Assembly (NCBI GenBank): GCA_022729335.1 | Contig: JALDAE010000003.1 | Location: 1 to 47,482, forward strand | Reading direction: 5' to 3' | DNA length: 47,482 nt | From: Candidatus Nanoanaerosalina halalkaliphila | GTDB lineage: Archaea > Nanohalarchaeota > Nanosalinia > Nanosalinales > Nanoanaerosalinaceae | Shown: piece by piece, positions 44,975-47,482 of the stretch | Layout: every line of letters begins with the position of its first letter | How positions within the stretch are numbered: the stretch's first letter is position 1 | Notes under the pieces: model-generated | Told to the model about the DNA's origin: nothing | Seen by the model: the letters and a program-made list of their open reading frames with translations, nothing else | Databases searched by the model: none | Program-made: the position numbers and the translations under genes

Positions 44975-45799
44975 CTAAGCTAATACGGGGTAACCGGTTT
45001 CCAGCATAGCGGCAAGAACCAGGAAAATAACTCCAAGGACCACCAGAACGATTGAATCTCCCAGAATTTTCAAGAAGGAACACTCTGTATGAGTCCCATG
45101 TTTGAAATAATGTTCTATGTGGTACGCAAGCAGATAACCTGCAAAACCGGCAAAGACATACGCTGCTATTTCAACTGTTCCATGAACAATGTAAGGCAGA
45201 AGCTGGATAGGTATTTCAGCTATTGATGATGCAAGATTACCAATAAGCACCCCTACAACTGATGCGTTCCATATTATCACAAATGACATTCCTCCGGCAA
45301 TCAGAAAAGATACTGCGAAAGTCATGGCGAAAACTCCCAGGTTGTTGAGCAGTATACTGTAAAACGCTGCCGAGGCCGTTATGTCTCCCGTGACCGCCAT
45401 GTCTCCCCTGATACCTTCCAGGATTAGTTCCTGGACCTGGAAGAAATCTCCGTTGATAAAGTATGTGGCGATACCGAAAGCTATCGTGGTGGCTACGAAT
45501 ATTCCCAGATAAACCATTAGTTCCTCAAAATGCCTGAAGAGAATGTTTGATTCCTTCCAGTTGTGTTTTAATTCTTTTTCATCCCTTGACCTTAAAAAAT
45601 CGGTGAGAGGATAGCTTAGGGCAAGAGTGGCAAAGAAAACAGCCACTATACCTCCAAAGTTTATTCCCTGGACCCTGAATGGCATTATCCATTCGGCCGC
45701 ATATACCGATATAAGCGTGAAAATGGTTGCAAAAACAATTATTGAAAGTATAAATTTGAGAAGATCGTCTCTCTCCTGCAGAATAAGTCCATCAAGCAC
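44975..45799 (-). CDS. SpoIIM/DUF95-family membrane protein
   Basis: Polytopic; ILLNNL, WNASV.G, HG..EI.AY..AG..G, AA.LE; GTG start. Confidence 0.85.
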   Translation of the reverse strand: MLDGLILQERDDLLKFILSIIVFATIFTLISVYAAEWIMPFRVQGINFGGIVAVFFATLALSYPLTDFLRSRDEKELKHNWKESNILFRHFEELMVYLGIFVATTIAFGIATYFINGDFFQVQELILEGIRGDMAVTGDITASAAFYSILLNNLGVFAMTFAVSFLIAGGMSFVIIWNASVVGVLIGNLASSIAEIPIQLLPYIVHGTVEIAAYVFAGFAGYLLAYHIEHYFKHGTHTECSFLKILGDSIVLVVLGVIFLVLAAMLETGYPVLA

Positions 45800-46324
45800 C
45801 TACAACACCCTGTCCCTCATGGCCTGGTGCTCTGCATCGTTTTTCTGGGTCATGTGAGATTTCAGTCCGCTCCTGGACTCGAACCTTACACCGCAAACAG
45901 GGCACTCAGTATCTATGATATCTTCCACAGCGTTTTTGGCCTCGAAAACAGGGGTTTTGGCCTCATTACATATCATTCTTATTAGCTCAACAAGGTTCTC
46001 CCTTCCATAGCTATCGGAGGTCTTTTTCAGTACCGGAGAGTACATGACACTGGGGCCGTAACTGTTGAACTTTTCTATAACCATCGATAGCTCTGAAAGC
46101 CTTCTATATGCTTTTGAAACGAGGTCGGAAGCCTCCTCAAAATCAGAGATGTTTCCCGAGGTAACAACAGATTGCCATACATCATTGTAAGGCTTTAAAA
46201 GCACGACTCTCTTGTCGGATTCTCCCTGTAACATGTCCCTCTCCTTTCTTATCATCTCCTCGGTGGATGTGACCAGGGAATAGTTCTCGTCCAGTTCATC
46301 TCTGAGCGGCTTGAGAAGCTCCAT
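45800..46324 (-). CDS. Helical protein with C-terminal C2H2 zinc finger
   Basis: CPVCGVRFESRSGLKSHMTQKNDAEH at the C-terminus. Confidence 0.8.
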   Translation of the reverse strand: MELLKPLRDELDENYSLVTSTEEMIRKERDMLQGESDKRVVLLKPYNDVWQSVVTSGNISDFEEASDLVSKAYRRLSELSMVIEKFNSYGPSVMYSPVLKKTSDSYGRENLVELIRMICNEAKTPVFEAKNAVEDIIDTECPVCGVRFESRSGLKSHMTQKNDAEHQAMRDRVL

Positions 46325-46499
46325 AAACTTTCTTTGTTATCAGTTGTTTAAATTTTTGACCTATCAGTTTACTCGAAGTTAATTGTTTATGGAGTTAAAA
46401 ACAGAAGAGAAAAGACAAATCTGAGATAATAACTCTTAATGCCTAACCAGAATCCAAAAAAAATTTAAACTTGAAAATTAATCTCTCTTTTTAGATTTT

Positions 46500-47482
46500 A
46501 TGGACTTAAAGTATATCGACAAAAACAAACTGGCTGTTCTCGTGTCCATAATAGTTGCCATATCACTACTGAGCCTTAACTTTTACAGTTTTGACAAATT
46601 TTTCCACATGAACACAGGAGATCTTTACAGAGAGAACTGGTTCGCCCTGACAAACACACAAGCATCTGGAGGCCTGGATCTCAGTGGTTATCCTCCGGTA
46701 CCACATCAGTTGATATCCATTACTTCTTTTTTATTTTCAACAGAAACAGCTTTTCACTTTATGATAGGAGTTTTCCACATATTTCTCGCATACAACGCTA
46801 CCAAGTTCTTTATAGAGTACTTTGAATATGACAAAAGCAAGTTCTGGACGATATATCTATTAATATTTTTTAACGTGGGTTTATTGAAGAAAATAATGAC
46901 TTATGGAATGTATCCAAGTATCGTGGGTTTTGCAATAGGTTTTTACGTTCTAAGAAATCTAAACAAGGCCATTGAAAGCAATGAAAGAAAAATTTGGGCA
47001 TTGTTCAGTGTCTCTTATGCCGTGATGGCGTTCACAAACCACATGGCGCTTGTTATATTTTCTATTGTATCCATCTATCTCCTGGTAACCGAGTACAAAG
47101 AGCTCAATAAAAAAACTCTGTACAACCTGGGTTTATCCGGTTTGATAATTGGTTTAATGGTGATTATAGGTCTAAACGCCATGATAATGAGTTATTTGCA
47201 GGGTTCGAATATCTCCAATACAAAGGTTCAACATGACTCTTTTTATTCCTACTTCGAGTATACGGATTATGAGGAAGAAGCCACACGGATGAGGGAGATG
47301 TGGATTTATTCAAACTTCGGTTTATCCGTAATAGGGATCCTCGTTCCATTCTTTGTTCCCAGGGAAAAATCAGGAAAGTTTTACAAGATGTTTGGCCTAT
47401 CAATTTTTCTACTGATTTTCGATATGGGAGGAATCGACGGATTGCCTAAGCTTTTCTTTCCCAGATTCAGGCACATAATGAA
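46500..47482 (+). CDS. Polytopic membrane protein, GT-C-like; 3' end runs off the window
   Basis: Not in the ORF track. ATG at 46500 gives MDLKYIDKNKLAVLVSII..., D..H..Y..WF, GYPP motif and many TM segments; frame stays open to the window end. Confidence 0.8.
   Translation, partial: MDLKYIDKNKLAVLVSIIVAISLLSLNFYSFDKFFHMNTGDLYRENWFALTNTQASGGLDLSGYPPVPHQLISITSFLFSTETAFHFMIGVFHIFLAYNATKFFIEYFEYDKSKFWTIYLLIFFNVGLLKKIMTYGMYPSIVGFAIGFYVLRNLNKAIESNERKIWALFSVSYAVMAFTNHMALVIFSIVSIYLLVTEYKELNKKTLYNLGLSGLIIGLMVIIGLNAMIMSYLQGSNISNTKVQHDSFYSYFEYTDYEEEATRMREMWIYSNFGLSVIGILVPFFVPREKSGKFYKMFGLSIFLLIFDMGGIDGLPKLFFPRFRHIM

Noticed and set aside
45797-45802. Amber read-through fusing the Zn-finger and SpoIIM ORFs (TAG followed in frame by GTG)
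   Set aside because: The same stop-GTG abutment occurs with TAA at 6584-6589; no pyl genes seen; tight packing explains it.

Overview
Gene-dense, roughly 40% GC (estimated by eye) archaeal chromosome segment with a strongly acidic (D/E-rich) proteome, tiny or overlapping intergenic gaps, class I LysRS, eL15, Pth2, archaeal Cmk/NusA and intron-less, CCA-less tRNAs. The best inference is a halophilic DPANN archaeon (Nanohaloarchaeota-like); this is not proven. About 45 CDS and 2 tRNAs (Val-GAC, Asn-GTT) are present. Housekeeping genes: truD, pth2, ndk, lysS, rpl15e, DRG GTPase, cmk, ppsA, pyk. Envelope content: two glycosylation clusters, a ~1770-aa anchorless Ig-repeat surface protein coupled to a membrane-anchored PGF-pre-PGF protein, rhomboid and site-2 proteases, and a cardiolipin-synthase-like PLD. 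Also present: a stand-alone HerA with a long C-terminal extension, a probable coiled-coil histone variant, and an encapsulin-less ferritin/DUF211/VIT1 cluster. The best non-coding signals are an ~80-nt end-paired hairpin between lrp and ppsA, repeated TTG-W-CAA palindromes around lrp, and an eL15 leader-like RNA. No integrase, transposase, CRISPR array or rRNA was seen.
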